Origin: Candidatus Thorarchaeota archaeon
GTDB taxonomy: Archaea; Asgardarchaeota; Thorarchaeia; Thorarchaeales; Thorarchaeaceae
Assembly (NCBI GenBank): GCA_029858305.1
Contig: JAOUFI010000032.1
Span: 1-22,751, forward strand
Length of the DNA: 22,751 nt
Direction: 5' to 3'
The notes below the pieces were generated by a model. That model saw only the letters and a list, made by a program, of their open reading frames with translations, had not been told where the DNA came from and made no database searches. Position numbers and translations under genes: made by a program. Numbering within the stretch: the stretch's first letter is position 1; every line of letters starts with the position of its first letter. Positions 8,827 to 18,569 of the stretch are shown piece after piece.

Positions 8827-11800
8827 ATGAGTTCAATCTCAGATGCTTCAGAGATGCAGCTACCTTTTCCTCATGGAATAGAGATCGAACTTCAAGTTAT
8901 TCGCAAGGACGGCACTTGGATTCGTGGCGAAGACATTCTTGAAATCTTCGATAAGATTGTATCTAGTGCAAAGGGACTTCTGGATAAGAAAATTCGATTG
9001 TCTACAGTGGAAACCGTTAGAGAGAAGTATGAGCAGTCTTCACAAACAGAAGAAGGAGAAAGAGGTTCAAGAATAGTTGCCATCTACAAGGATCCAAAAG
9101 GGCAACCCAGAGAGTATACTTTGTTGGGACATGATCCTAACGTTGTGAGTCTAACCTGGATATTAGAGGTCGCGACACCGCCATGCACCACACTTGAAGA
9201 ACTCGCGTGGTGGATTCAGACTTTAATAGCTATATCATATGAGTCTCTACCCAAAGACTCTCAGGCAATTTTAATTTCTACCGGATTAAATCCAACTCAA
9301 GAATATCTGCGTAATCTATCTTTTGGGGAACATCATCACATTCTCAGTCAAGAGGCCGATGAGTCTGTTAGAATCGGTGTATACAATATGATTCGAAATT
9401 TCATCCCTCATCTTATTGCTCTGTCAGTAAATTCTCCTTTTGAAAACAAGAAGCCAAGTGATGAAATCACTATTGATGAGAATGGGATTGTTCGAGCTCC
9501 AAGATGCAAAAGATCAATTAGACTCTATAGAAATACAACACAGATGGGACCAATTAATGAGTTTGAGATGATACCATACATCCGCATAGCTGACAAAGAT
9601 GCCTTTGCAAAGCATGTAAATAGAAGCTATGCAAGAATGGTGGATTGCTATCCCTTCACAGATTATGGTACAATTGAGCTTCGAATTTTCGATACACAAT
9701 TAAGTATCCCAAGAAGAATAGGTTTAGCTTTAATTCTTCAAGCGCTCGCCTTGAAAGCACAGAGGATGATTGAGAGCGGAAAATCAATACCAGATGTAGG
9801 ACCAAAGTCACTTAGCTCAAACAGAGCTTCTGCAGTTGCTGCTGGCCTCTGGGGTCCTTTCAAGCTAGGTGAAGGATCAAATGAGTTCCTCACCATATAT
9901 AACCATCAAGTATCTGATGATGGTACTATTGACAATAGACATCGGAATAGATTTCTTGGGGATGCTGTAGTATCAATGCTTTATCTAATCCGAGAAGAGC
10001 TTGATGAACTCAAGGTAATTGAGAATCCATTCATACAGGCATTGCTTGTATCTGTATTTGGCAGTGAGTATGCCAATCCACGAACAACAGAAGCTGATTT
10101 TCAGCTCGATTTCTATGCTAAATCTGATTACAACATGGTCGTTCTATTGAAACGTCTTGCAGAGGTTACTCGGGAATGTAGCACAAATTGGCTATACGAT
10201 CCTATCGAGGGCACGCCTCATCTTCCTACATGGCTATGTTGGTGGAAAGGGCTCGAGCCAGAGATTGTTATAGACACTGACAGAACATTCGCAGGTCAAG
10301 AGGCAGAGTTCTCGATACTGATACGTAATAGTACAGGTAGGAATATTGACGGTCTAACTATTGAGTATTCAATTGAAGATTCCCTGAGAAATATAGTAGA
10401 TAGCAATCTTATCACAATTGGTAGTATTGAAACTGGAGAAATACATGTTTCTCGAGTTGCTTTCACAACTCGAAAGGACACCACCGCCTATAATATAATT
10501 ACAGAAGTAGGTTTTGTTGGACGTAAAATAAATCTTACAAGTACAATTAACATGTACTGGATGAGTGCATCAATACGTCCGGGCACAACGACGCAATTTG
10601 CGGATGGAAAGGCAGCAGTTCTCTTCAATGGCGAAATTGAAACCAATTATCCTTCAGGCTCATTCGTAAGCTGCCAAATCAATATCCTAGCGCCAAATCT
10701 GGAACGCCTTATAATTGGGACTACCGAAATACTCAAAGTCGAAGGAGGAGAAATAACTACATTTGATAGCTCATTATTTCCGCCTCTAGTGATTCCTCCC
10801 GATGTAGCAGAAGGTGTTGAGAGATGTGTACTTCAGATGCGTTTGATGAATGAAGAAGGCATCGAGATAGCAGAAGGAACATCAAAGCCGTTCTATGTAG
10901 GATTTGTTAGAAGAGGACCACAAGTCATTTTCGAGTCGAATATAAAGAGCAGCTATGTACCGGGAGAATTGGTCACCGGGAACATTCTAGTGAGTGATAG
11001 GAATAAAGTCATAGGACCATCTGCTAGAATGATAGTTGATTACTATGTAGAATCAGGGAAAACCATAGATATTGAAACCATACAATTTGAAGAATTCATT
11101 GGACGTAATGCATCTTTTCATTGGAGAGTCCCAAGGATTGAAGTTATGCCTCAGGTTGACAGAGTGGGTGTTATTAGAATTCGGGTGATTGAGAGAGGAA
11201 ATATTATTGCTGCTGTTGAGTCAGATAGGTTCAGTATAAATCAAGTAACAACAAGAGTCAATCTAGACTCTCTGAGAGTTCCTCAGCGTTCCCATGTCGG
11301 GGGCAAAATATCAGGATGGTTGCGGATAAGGAGAAACACTGAACAAGGAGATCCTGCGTTTCTTACTTTATCATTTGTATATCCTGACGATGATGAACAT
11401 GTAGTTCTTCGACAATCCGTAAAACAGAGCAAGAATCTATCTCTGGCCTTTGGCCCACTCACCATCCCAGCACCGAAAAAATCCACAAGTCCAAAATCTG
11501 TCATGCTAATAGCAGTGTTGAGCTACTTGGGCTTGGAGATGGATAGACGTTCAACAACAATAGATTTGGTAGGTGGACCATCAGCGGATTTTGCGAAGAT
11601 TGAATTCATCGGGCTTCCAAGTTTTACAACGCCTGATCAGATGGTTCAGGTGACACTCCAAGTTGAAAGCAATTCGATGGAAACGACTGATTGCGTACTA
11701 TCTGTAGATCTTGAATCAATTGCTGGGAACTCCAACCTAGTTGAGAGAAATATCAGCCTTGAGCTAGGAAAACTAAAGATGATTCCTATTCCCTTTAGAG

Positions 11801-12252
11801 TACCCCTCGGTGCTGAAATGAGTACTGCACACTTGAAGGCGGTCCTTCTGTGCGGCTCTCAATCATGTGGTAATAGCCAGCGGTTTAAGGTCAAGGCGAT
11901 CGAAAAACCATTCTTCAGTGTTGAATTTTCTATTAGAAATGAAGCTGGTGATGAGATACCAGGTCTCGTCGCGAGACTTACTCCTGTGGAAATCATTGCG
12001 AGTGTAGAGAGCAAAAGAGAGAATCTTCAAGGCATATCAATAAGTCTTAGAGTGATGTCAAGACGAGACATAATCAAAGAGTTTGATATACCACTCACCA
12101 ATGATAAGAAGAATACATTATCTGTAAAATGGCTAACACCACCCATCGATATTGTTACGGGTTATTTTCTTGACGCTGAAATTTCACAACACGGTCGCCC
12201 CTTACCGCACCGCGCAATTGAGATAGTGAAGAAGCAATTTACTGTCTATTAA
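8827..12252 (+). CDS. YbdK/GCS2-family carboxylate-amine (glutamate--cysteine-like) ligase fused to about six C-terminal Ig-like beta-sandwich modules
   Basis: GCS2 motifs in order: HGIEIELQV, LEVATPPC, STGLNP, FGEHHHI, IPHLIALSVNSPF, SIR, YGTIELRIFDTQ. Residues from about nt 10255 form about 110-aa beta-rich repeats. ATG 8827 follows AGGTG (track start GTG 8818). Confidence 0.88.
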   Translation: MSSISDASEMQLPFPHGIEIELQVIRKDGTWIRGEDILEIFDKIVSSAKGLLDKKIRLSTVETVREKYEQSSQTEEGERGSRIVAIYKDPKGQPREYTLLGHDPNVVSLTWILEVATPPCTTLEELAWWIQTLIAISYESLPKDSQAILISTGLNPTQEYLRNLSFGEHHHILSQEADESVRIGVYNMIRNFIPHLIALSVNSPFENKKPSDEITIDENGIVRAPRCKRSIRLYRNTTQMGPINEFEMIPYIRIADKDAFAKHVNRSYARMVDCYPFTDYGTIELRIFDTQLSIPRRIGLALILQALALKAQRMIESGKSIPDVGPKSLSSNRASAVAAGLWGPFKLGEGSNEFLTIYNHQVSDDGTIDNRHRNRFLGDAVVSMLYLIREELDELKVIENPFIQALLVSVFGSEYANPRTTEADFQLDFYAKSDYNMVVLLKRLAEVTRECSTNWLYDPIEGTPHLPTWLCWWKGLEPEIVIDTDRTFAGQEAEFSILIRNSTGRNIDGLTIEYSIEDSLRNIVDSNLITIGSIETGEIHVSRVAFTTRKDTTAYNIITEVGFVGRKINLTSTINMYWMSASIRPGTTTQFADGKAAVLFNGEIETNYPSGSFVSCQINILAPNLERLIIGTTEILKVEGGEITTFDSSLFPPLVIPPDVAEGVERCVLQMRLMNEEGIEIAEGTSKPFYVGFVRRGPQVIFESNIKSSYVPGELVTGNILVSDRNKVIGPSARMIVDYYVESGKTIDIETIQFEEFIGRNASFHWRVPRIEVMPQVDRVGVIRIRVIERGNIIAAVESDRFSINQVTTRVNLDSLRVPQRSHVGGKISGWLRIRRNTEQGDPAFLTLSFVYPDDDEHVVLRQSVKQSKNLSLAFGPLTIPAPKKSTSPKSVMLIAVLSYLGLEMDRRSTTIDLVGGPSADFAKIEFIGLPSFTTPDQMVQVTLQVESNSMETTDCVLSVDLESIAGNSNLVERNISLELGKLKMIPIPFRVPLGAEMSTAHLKAVLLCGSQSCGNSQRFKVKAIEKPFFSVEFSIRNEAGDEIPGLVARLTPVEIIASVESKRENLQGISISLRVMSRRDIIKEFDIPLTNDKKNTLSVKWLTPPIDIVTGYFLDAEISQHGRPLPHRAIEIVKKQFTVY

Positions 12253-12602
12253 TTGGTCATAGAATTCTATAGTCATAGAACATTCATAACTTTTTATTTT
12301 ATAAATGAAGAACTTATAGAACTGATTGAAGAAGATAGAGGTATTACGACCATTGACGATAGGAACTTCGTGAATTTACGATTCGACTATTGCCGTAATA
12401 CAGATAAAAAACGTTATATTGGCAAAGAAAAGTCGAAGTCGTAGCATACCTAAGGCAAAGCTATAAATGCAATAATCGGGCCGCAATGTGGTAATTGGAG
12501 ATATCAATTAGCTCCTGATATATGCTCATAAAACATTCGGGTGGATTAGCAGTTATATAACCAAAGTTTGAGATACTACGATAATTTATGGATGTGGAAT
12601 GA

Positions 12603-13529
12603 ATGTTTGAGATACTAGCGCATCCGGCCGTTTCCGGATTATTGGTGATGGGCATTGTTGGAGCCTTGGCCTATAAGGCTCATTTTGTTGATATATCAGG
12701 TCTAGTCAGTGCTTTTATCGTGGGATTCACTATCTGGTATACTGGTGGAGTCTCAGCTTTTGTAATCATTCTATTCTTCTTTATGAGCGCGGGTATTGCT
12801 ACAAAATACAAGTACAAGGTGAAAGTACAAAAGAATGTTGCTCAAGAAGGCAAAGGAAAAAGATCATGGAAAAATGTATTCGGGAGTGGCCTCATTCCGA
12901 TGATTTTCTCTGTAGCAATGTATCTTACACGACTATCGCCAGATTTAGCAGCAGTTGGATGGCCATTCTTTTTGTTTGGTGGATATGTTGGAGCAGTCGC
13001 AACAACATCCGCGGATACTCTAGCCAGTGAATTGGGTGTCTTTAGTAAGAGCAAACCAAGATTGATAACAAACCTTCGCAGGAAAGTTCCTAGCGGGACA
13101 ATTGGTGCAGTATCCCTTTTGGGAGAAGGTGTAGCTTTGCTCGCAGGTCTTTTTATAGGACTTCTAGCTGTGTCTTTCGCAATTTTCACGCCCGGATGGG
13201 TACCTGCTGTAACAACCACTGAGCATGTGTTATTCCTAATTCCATTGGCGGTGCTAACTGCATTCATTGGATGTAATGTTGATAGTTTCCTTGGAGCTGC
13301 TTTTCAGAACAGATACGTTTGTGAGATATGTGGAGCAGTCATTGACAAAGAATTTCATTGCGATTATGAAACCAAATACATCGGTGGTTTCAAGAGCTTC
13401 ACTAACATGCATGTGAATTTTGGTTCATCAGGGATGGGAGCGACACTTGGGATTCTTCTTGGAGCAGGTCTATTTGTGTGGATTTTGGGCGGCCTTTTCT
13501 TCTGGATTGCGGCTTCATCAAGTAGCTAG
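12603..13529 (+). CDS. DUF92 / TMEM19-family integral membrane protein
   Basis: FFFMSAGIATKY, GKRSWKNVFGSG, ADTLASELG, GAVSLLG, DSFLGAAFQ, CxxC..HC, N.HVN; multiple TM segments. Confidence 0.9.
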   Translation: MFEILAHPAVSGLLVMGIVGALAYKAHFVDISGLVSAFIVGFTIWYTGGVSAFVIILFFFMSAGIATKYKYKVKVQKNVAQEGKGKRSWKNVFGSGLIPMIFSVAMYLTRLSPDLAAVGWPFFLFGGYVGAVATTSADTLASELGVFSKSKPRLITNLRRKVPSGTIGAVSLLGEGVALLAGLFIGLLAVSFAIFTPGWVPAVTTTEHVLFLIPLAVLTAFIGCNVDSFLGAAFQNRYVCEICGAVIDKEFHCDYETKYIGGFKSFTNMHVNFGSSGMGATLGILLGAGLFVWILGGLFFWIAASSSS

Positions 13530-14872
13530 ACCTTTCCAAGGCAATTTTCCTCGAATCTAATCGCATACTCAAAGGAATCCTTGATTGGAAGATTATCTGC
13601 TATCTGTTTCAAATAACCTACAACGAACCAGCGTGTCATTTCAGGAGACTTACTCGCACTCAAAATGGACATATCTCGCTCGTCGACCAAATGCAATTTG
13701 TAGCTGTTCTTTGTATCTTTGATAATAATCGCTGCATCTGTCACATCTCGAATGCGCTCAATTGGCTTTGGTGACATAGAACGAATGAGATAACGCCAAA
13801 CTTGATTTGAAAGAATGAGAGTGTCCACTTGGGAAAGAACGGGTTTCAACCAATCTAGGCCCATTTCCCAGAAGGGTACAGAACATCTATAGACAAGTGG
13901 AATTCCTTGAGCTTTAGCAAATGCGGCAATCGAAGCGGCGACCTCAACAAAGAGTTCACCAATGTACACAGCCTTTGCCTTTTCTAAGATGGACCAAGGA
14001 ACCTGGGAGGGAGAGTTGATTGAGAGGGATGTTACTGGTCCTATCCCTACGAGCATTCGTGACTTGCTGTTTTCTGTTATAATGATCGACTCATTAGTAG
14101 ACTTTTCATTCTCTACAATTATATTTGAGACATCGACACCACCTTGAATGAGTTGAGTGATGACTTCCCACCCTTCAAGGTCATTTCCCACAGATGAAAC
14201 AAGAGATGTGTCGATACCTTCTCTTGCTAGTGCTATTGCTAAATCAACTGTGGATCCTCCTGGCGACCGAATAGGCGAACTGCAGCTTGCAAGTCCTCCA
14301 GCGGGAGGTATCTTTGCACATTCGATTCGCGTATTATACGCAGATGCACCGAAAATAACGATGTCAGGTTGTGAATATTTGATGGAATCTTCAAGAATCG
14401 CTTTTGCACGAGTGCGTGCAAAAATTTCAAAAAGTCTAGATTCTGGGATGCCAAGATCTTTATAGAGAGTTGTAAGTCGAATTAAGTAATCTTCAAGTAG
14501 GAATGCAGTGAGTTCTTCAATATCGGATGGGAGACCCTTGGAATAGAATCGGGCTAGCCCCCATCCACTCTTTGTGAGTTCATGATAAACAACACGCTTC
14601 CCATTATGAATGGTCGTTGCAGTTGTGATTAGACCAAATCGGCTTAATGTTTTTAGATAGGAGAGAACGCTCTTGTTTGAGTGTTGGAGATTCTCAACAA
14701 GATCACGCTGCAAAACACGACCATCCTCATGAAAACTCGAAAGCACACTACGAGTAACTCGAGATGCCATAACGGTTCGGATGAATTCATCTCTGGCCTC
14801 TCTTTCTGAGGGAAGAAAGAGCAGATAAGGCCAAAGATGTTCAATTGGCTTTGTTTCGACCATTCCCAACAT
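13526..14872 (-). CDS. Winged-helix DNA-binding domain fused to a degenerate PfkB/ribokinase-like domain (probable ligand-sensing regulator)
   Basis: wHTH: LQRDLVENLQHSNKSVLSYLKTLSRFGLI...YHELTKSG. PfkB N-motif: PGGSTVDLAIALAREG..VSSVGND. The DTxGAGD motif is absent. Start uncertain (TTG 14878, ATG 14872 or ATG 14863); the stop overlaps the DUF92 stop (CTAG 13526-13529). Confidence 0.85.
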   Translation of the reverse strand: MLGMVETKPIEHLWPYLLFLPSEREARDEFIRTVMASRVTRSVLSSFHEDGRVLQRDLVENLQHSNKSVLSYLKTLSRFGLITTATTIHNGKRVVYHELTKSGWGLARFYSKGLPSDIEELTAFLLEDYLIRLTTLYKDLGIPESRLFEIFARTRAKAILEDSIKYSQPDIVIFGASAYNTRIECAKIPPAGGLASCSSPIRSPGGSTVDLAIALAREGIDTSLVSSVGNDLEGWEVITQLIQGGVDVSNIIVENEKSTNESIIITENSKSRMLVGIGPVTSLSINSPSQVPWSILEKAKAVYIGELFVEVAASIAAFAKAQGIPLVYRCSVPFWEMGLDWLKPVLSQVDTLILSNQVWRYLIRSMSPKPIERIRDVTDAAIIIKDTKNSYKLHLVDERDMSILSASKSPEMTRWFVVGYLKQIADNLPIKDSFEYAIRFEENCLGKV

Positions 14873-14956
14873 CTTCAAATATCAGTTTACATGTTGAATC
14901 AATGTACAATCGTACCTATGTAGTTTACTAAATTACACTTCATAGGAGGAGAGTTA

Positions 14957-15760
14957 GTGTCAGAATTCAAACGATCTGTTGCTTACCCATGGGCTTTAAC
15001 AGGCATCTTTGCTGCATTTCATTTTGTTACATCGATGCTGCCATACTCAGTACTAGGAACTGGTGGAGGTTTCCTTTCATGGGGAATGATATCAGCTCCA
15101 ATTGTCGGCTTTCTCCTAGGTCCTTTCTTTGGAACGATATCGATTCTGATTGGTTCTATACTGAATGTAATAGTCTTTAATCCCGGTGAGATTTTGGGAC
15201 CGGTTGTTCTAACTTTGGCTCCAGCATCTGGAGCATTAGCAGCCGGACTTCTGAGAGCAAACAGGCCAGTTGGTGTCGTTGCAATCTATCTAATAGGACT
15301 CGTTGTCTTTCTGATAGGACCTATAGGACTGCTTGCATATCCATATCTTTGGCTTCATACTATCAGTCTTCTACTTGTGTTTCTATTTATTATTCCGCAA
15401 GCTCGCCGCTTCTTATTGAAAGGTCTACATTTCAAGAAAGAAGGCAGCCCAGCTATTACTATATTTTCTGTCTGGTTAACGGCTTTCATTGCACTTCTTG
15501 CGGATAATCTCATAGGAGGAGCAATTGGAACCTACTATTTCGTCTACATTTTACTTTTCAATCCTCCTGGACTTGCGAGTGTATACATGGGTATTGCATT
15601 GGTATATCCAGTAGAACGAATAATAGCATCAATAATTGTAGCTGGAGTTGCTATGGCCGTAGGATATGTGTTGGCTAAGTCATACTTCGACCTTCCAGTT
15701 CTACCGACCCAACAAATGACTATAGAGGAACTATCGGAGGAAGATGTGCAAACGGAGTAA
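14957..15760 (+). CDS. ECF transporter S-component-like membrane protein
   Basis: ALTGIFAA in helix 1, APIVGFLLGPFFGTISILIGSIL, 7-8 hydrophobic segments, PVER motif; GTG start after GGAGGAG. Confidence 0.75.
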   Translation: MSEFKRSVAYPWALTGIFAAFHFVTSMLPYSVLGTGGGFLSWGMISAPIVGFLLGPFFGTISILIGSILNVIVFNPGEILGPVVLTLAPASGALAAGLLRANRPVGVVAIYLIGLVVFLIGPIGLLAYPYLWLHTISLLLVFLFIIPQARRFLLKGLHFKKEGSPAITIFSVWLTAFIALLADNLIGGAIGTYYFVYILLFNPPGLASVYMGIALVYPVERIIASIIVAGVAMAVGYVLAKSYFDLPVLPTQQMTIEELSEEDVQTE

Positions 15761-15943
15761 GCAACAATCCAAACGCCATTTGGAATAAGAGCTATAGAGC
15801 AATTATGCCTGCAGTACTAGAATCAATCGCGTTCGAGACGAAGCTTCATAAGAACTCAGGCAAAGAATAGACATAGTGCAGAGTCCCTTGGGATTCTGTT
15901 CTGTATCTACACGGAATCGTGTGTATGCAGGAGTTAACAGATA

Positions 15944-16786
15944 TTGCAGTTATTGGATACACAAACGCTAATACTAGCGCTCGTCATTGTATTTGGATTC
16001 TTTATTCTAATGTTCGTTGCTAGTGGGATAAAAGTCCTTAAAGAATGGGAGCGTGTTGCAATCCTCAGGCTTGGAAAATACAAGGCAGTAAAAGGGCCGG
16101 GCATCATTTGGGTAACACCAATCTTGGATAGAATCGCAATGAAGGTTTCCCTAAGGTTGCTGACGTATGCATTCAAGACAGAGAGGTCTCTCACAAAAGA
16201 CAACGTACCAGTTGTTGTGGATGCTGTCATGTATTTCAGAGTAATTGATGTAGAAAAAGCAATCCTCAGTGTAGAAAGATACACGGTTGCAGTGGAACTG
16301 GGTGCTCAGACAACTCTGAGAGAAACCACCGGAAAAGTGACCCTAGATCAACTTCTATCAGATAGAGATAAGATAGCTCAACACCTTCAGGAACTGATTG
16401 ATGAGAAGACAGAGCACTGGGGTGTGAAGGTCACAAGTGTGGAGATACGAGATGTTGTCATTCCATCGGCGCTCCAAGATGCGATGAGCAGAGAGGCACA
16501 AGCTGATAGAGAGGGTAGGGCGAGAATTATCCTAGCTCAGGCCGAACTCGAGGCAGCTGAGAACATGCTCAAGGCAGCCAAGAGGTATGAAGAGTCACAG
16601 GTTGGTTTTGTCCTTCGTACTTGGAACATTATGCAGGAAATCTCAAAGAATGCCAACCTGATAATCATGGTGCCGACGAACATACCAGAGGTTGGAACAA
16701 CGACCGGTGTTGCAGCAGCGATGTCTGCGGGAACTGGAGGAATAAAGGTACCTCCTAACAAGGGTACAGTGGCTCCAGAGGATTAA
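15944..16786 (+). CDS. SPFH / band-7 (stomatin-like) protein
   Basis: N-terminal TM, EWERVAILRLG, GPGI, LTKDNVPVVVDAVMYFRV, AQTTLR, WGVKVTSVEIRDV, AMSREAQADREGRA; TTG start after AGGAG. Confidence 0.95.
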   Translation: MQLLDTQTLILALVIVFGFFILMFVASGIKVLKEWERVAILRLGKYKAVKGPGIIWVTPILDRIAMKVSLRLLTYAFKTERSLTKDNVPVVVDAVMYFRVIDVEKAILSVERYTVAVELGAQTTLRETTGKVTLDQLLSDRDKIAQHLQELIDEKTEHWGVKVTSVEIRDVVIPSALQDAMSREAQADREGRARIILAQAELEAAENMLKAAKRYEESQVGFVLRTWNIMQEISKNANLIIMVPTNIPEVGTTTGVAAAMSAGTGGIKVPPNKGTVAPED

Positions 16787-16811
16787 GCACTAATTATTGG
16801 AGGGAGTAAAT

Positions 16812-17525
16812 ATGGATGCCTGGATAAAAATCCTCGTCGTCATGATCATGTTTTCAGCCTTGAGCACGGTCATGACACTCTTCCTTGTCGATCCCCTTGT
16901 TGGCCTGATACTCTTTGGAGTTATCATGACATTGCTGGTCATTACACTTGAACCAGCAACAGGCAAAGCTATGGCTCAAGTCACTGTTCCACTTGTAATC
17001 ATTCTCTTTGTTATGGAGATATTCTTTACAAATCTATACAGTCCTGAACCACTGTCTTTTCCATTTTGGATGTTATTTGTGATCGGGGCAGTCTTGTACA
17101 TACTCTTCATGATGTTTACAGGTGGAAGTAGTTTTGTAGAAGGAGGTTTTATGGATGCAAAAGTTTCTTTGAAACTCTTCCCATTTTATGGTATAGCTAT
17201 CTTCCTTTCAGTTCTCATAGATGAAACCCACAAATTGACAGTGTATATTATGGCTGGTACCGTAATAGGAATGATGGCGCTCTACTTCGCGTTCCTTCGA
17301 GACTACGACAAGTGGCCTGCTTATTCACAAATGAAATACTCTGATATCCATGCCATTTCTGACATAAACCCCAGAGGTAAAGTGAAGACTGGTGCAGAAA
17401 TCTGGTGGGCAAGAACTACCGGACCCCCAATCAAAACTGGTGAGAAGGTTGTCATAGTAGACATCAAGGGTATGACCATGATAGTAGCACGTCCGGAGGA
17501 TATACTCATCGGTCACGAACAATAA
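16812..17525 (+). CDS. nfeD: NfeD-family membrane protein (TM bundle plus C-terminal OB-fold, no protease domain)
   Basis: About 6 TM segments, then GKVKTGAEIWWARTTGPPIKTGEKVVIVDIKGMTMIV (NfeD C-domain pattern); directly downstream of the stomatin gene. ATG 16812 follows GGAGGGAG. Confidence 0.88.
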   Translation: MDAWIKILVVMIMFSALSTVMTLFLVDPLVGLILFGVIMTLLVITLEPATGKAMAQVTVPLVIILFVMEIFFTNLYSPEPLSFPFWMLFVIGAVLYILFMMFTGGSSFVEGGFMDAKVSLKLFPFYGIAIFLSVLIDETHKLTVYIMAGTVIGMMALYFAFLRDYDKWPAYSQMKYSDIHAISDINPRGKVKTGAEIWWARTTGPPIKTGEKVVIVDIKGMTMIVARPEDILIGHEQ

Positions 17526-17562
17526 TTATGAAGAGGAGTGTCAGTAGTTCTGGCATCTTCCT

Positions 17563-18363
17563 CTATTCTTTCTTTCTAATACTAAGAATCCCCCAGATAA
17601 TAGATAGTCCAATCAAGAATCCGATTATTGTTGTAATTCCCCATTCAATTTGAAAAATCTCGGGATGAAGAACTGGCTCACGTGGGAATACTGGAAATAT
17701 TATGTAGGCTAACATGTTCCAAGCAAAATGAAACGCTATGGGTACCCAGAGTTTCCTACCTGACCAATAATAACTGACTGAGAGCACAACTCCGCCAAGG
17801 AACATGTTGAATGAGAAAATCAAAGCAAGATGCAGGGGAAATCCAGGCGTAGCCCACCAACTAAAATGAAGAAAAGAGAAGAAAATTGAACTGATAATGA
17901 TTGCCTGGGCTTTTCCCGCAAGAGCTTCGATATGAGGAAGAATGTATCCACGATGGGCAATCTCTTCAAGAATTGCAGTCGGAACAGTGATGATTATCTC
18001 AGAAATCAAAAGGTCAGCAGTCATTTGTTCTACTGGTCGCAATTGACCTCCAAAGAAGAAAGCAAACAAGATTACAATCGATGCTGCAATAGTACCCCCT
18101 ATTGTTCCAATGATTATTTGAGGAATCGTGGTGTTATCAAAATTAATACCTAGTTTTCCAATAGAAGATCCTTCTGAACGTGCGAAGATATCGGTGATAA
18201 TATACATTAAGAAAAATGTTCCAAAGAAAGCCGCAGTCGCCATCAATTCAAAGAGTTCGCCTGTGAAGAGTCTTGAGATAATTGGGGATATCTCCACTAT
18301 TATGAGAATGAATGCCATGAATAGAATAATTTTTAGAACGTCTTGCACTGGATCTCTTTTCAT
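17563..18363 (-). CDS. CPBP-family intramembrane metalloprotease (CAAX prenyl protease type II / Abi-like)
   Basis: EEIAHRGY (EExxxR), FSFLH, HFAWN (HxxxN) motifs in a multi-TM protein; start ATG 18363 or TTG 18369. Confidence 0.9.
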   Translation of the reverse strand: MKRDPVQDVLKIILFMAFILIIVEISPIISRLFTGELFELMATAAFFGTFFLMYIITDIFARSEGSSIGKLGINFDNTTIPQIIIGTIGGTIAASIVILFAFFFGGQLRPVEQMTADLLISEIIITVPTAILEEIAHRGYILPHIEALAGKAQAIIISSIFFSFLHFSWWATPGFPLHLALIFSFNMFLGGVVLSVSYYWSGRKLWVPIAFHFAWNMLAYIIFPVFPREPVLHPEIFQIEWGITTIIGFLIGLSIIWGILSIRKKE

Positions 18364-18569
18364 AACCAATCACTGAAATGCTACGCGACTATACATACCT
18401 AAAACTGATTTGGTCCTTTGATAATCGTGGGACGTCAGAGATTAGTAAATATATAGTGCGAACTGATATAAGCAGGCAGCTATAATCAACCGACTAAGGG
18501 TTACATAGGAAGCTAATTAATAGCTAACAACAGGAATGTATTGAACTCATAGTCTATGGAGGAGAATTA

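Noticed and set aside
12253-12655. Short ORFs or an RNA gene in the AT-rich gap between the ligase and DUF92
   Set aside because: No RBS-supported start, no protein-like motifs, and no tRNA cloverleaf or strong stem found by eye; treated as terminator/promoter space.
13320-13365. CxxC..HC metal-binding motif in DUF92 as a novelty
   Set aside because: This motif is a recurrent feature of many DUF92-family members.
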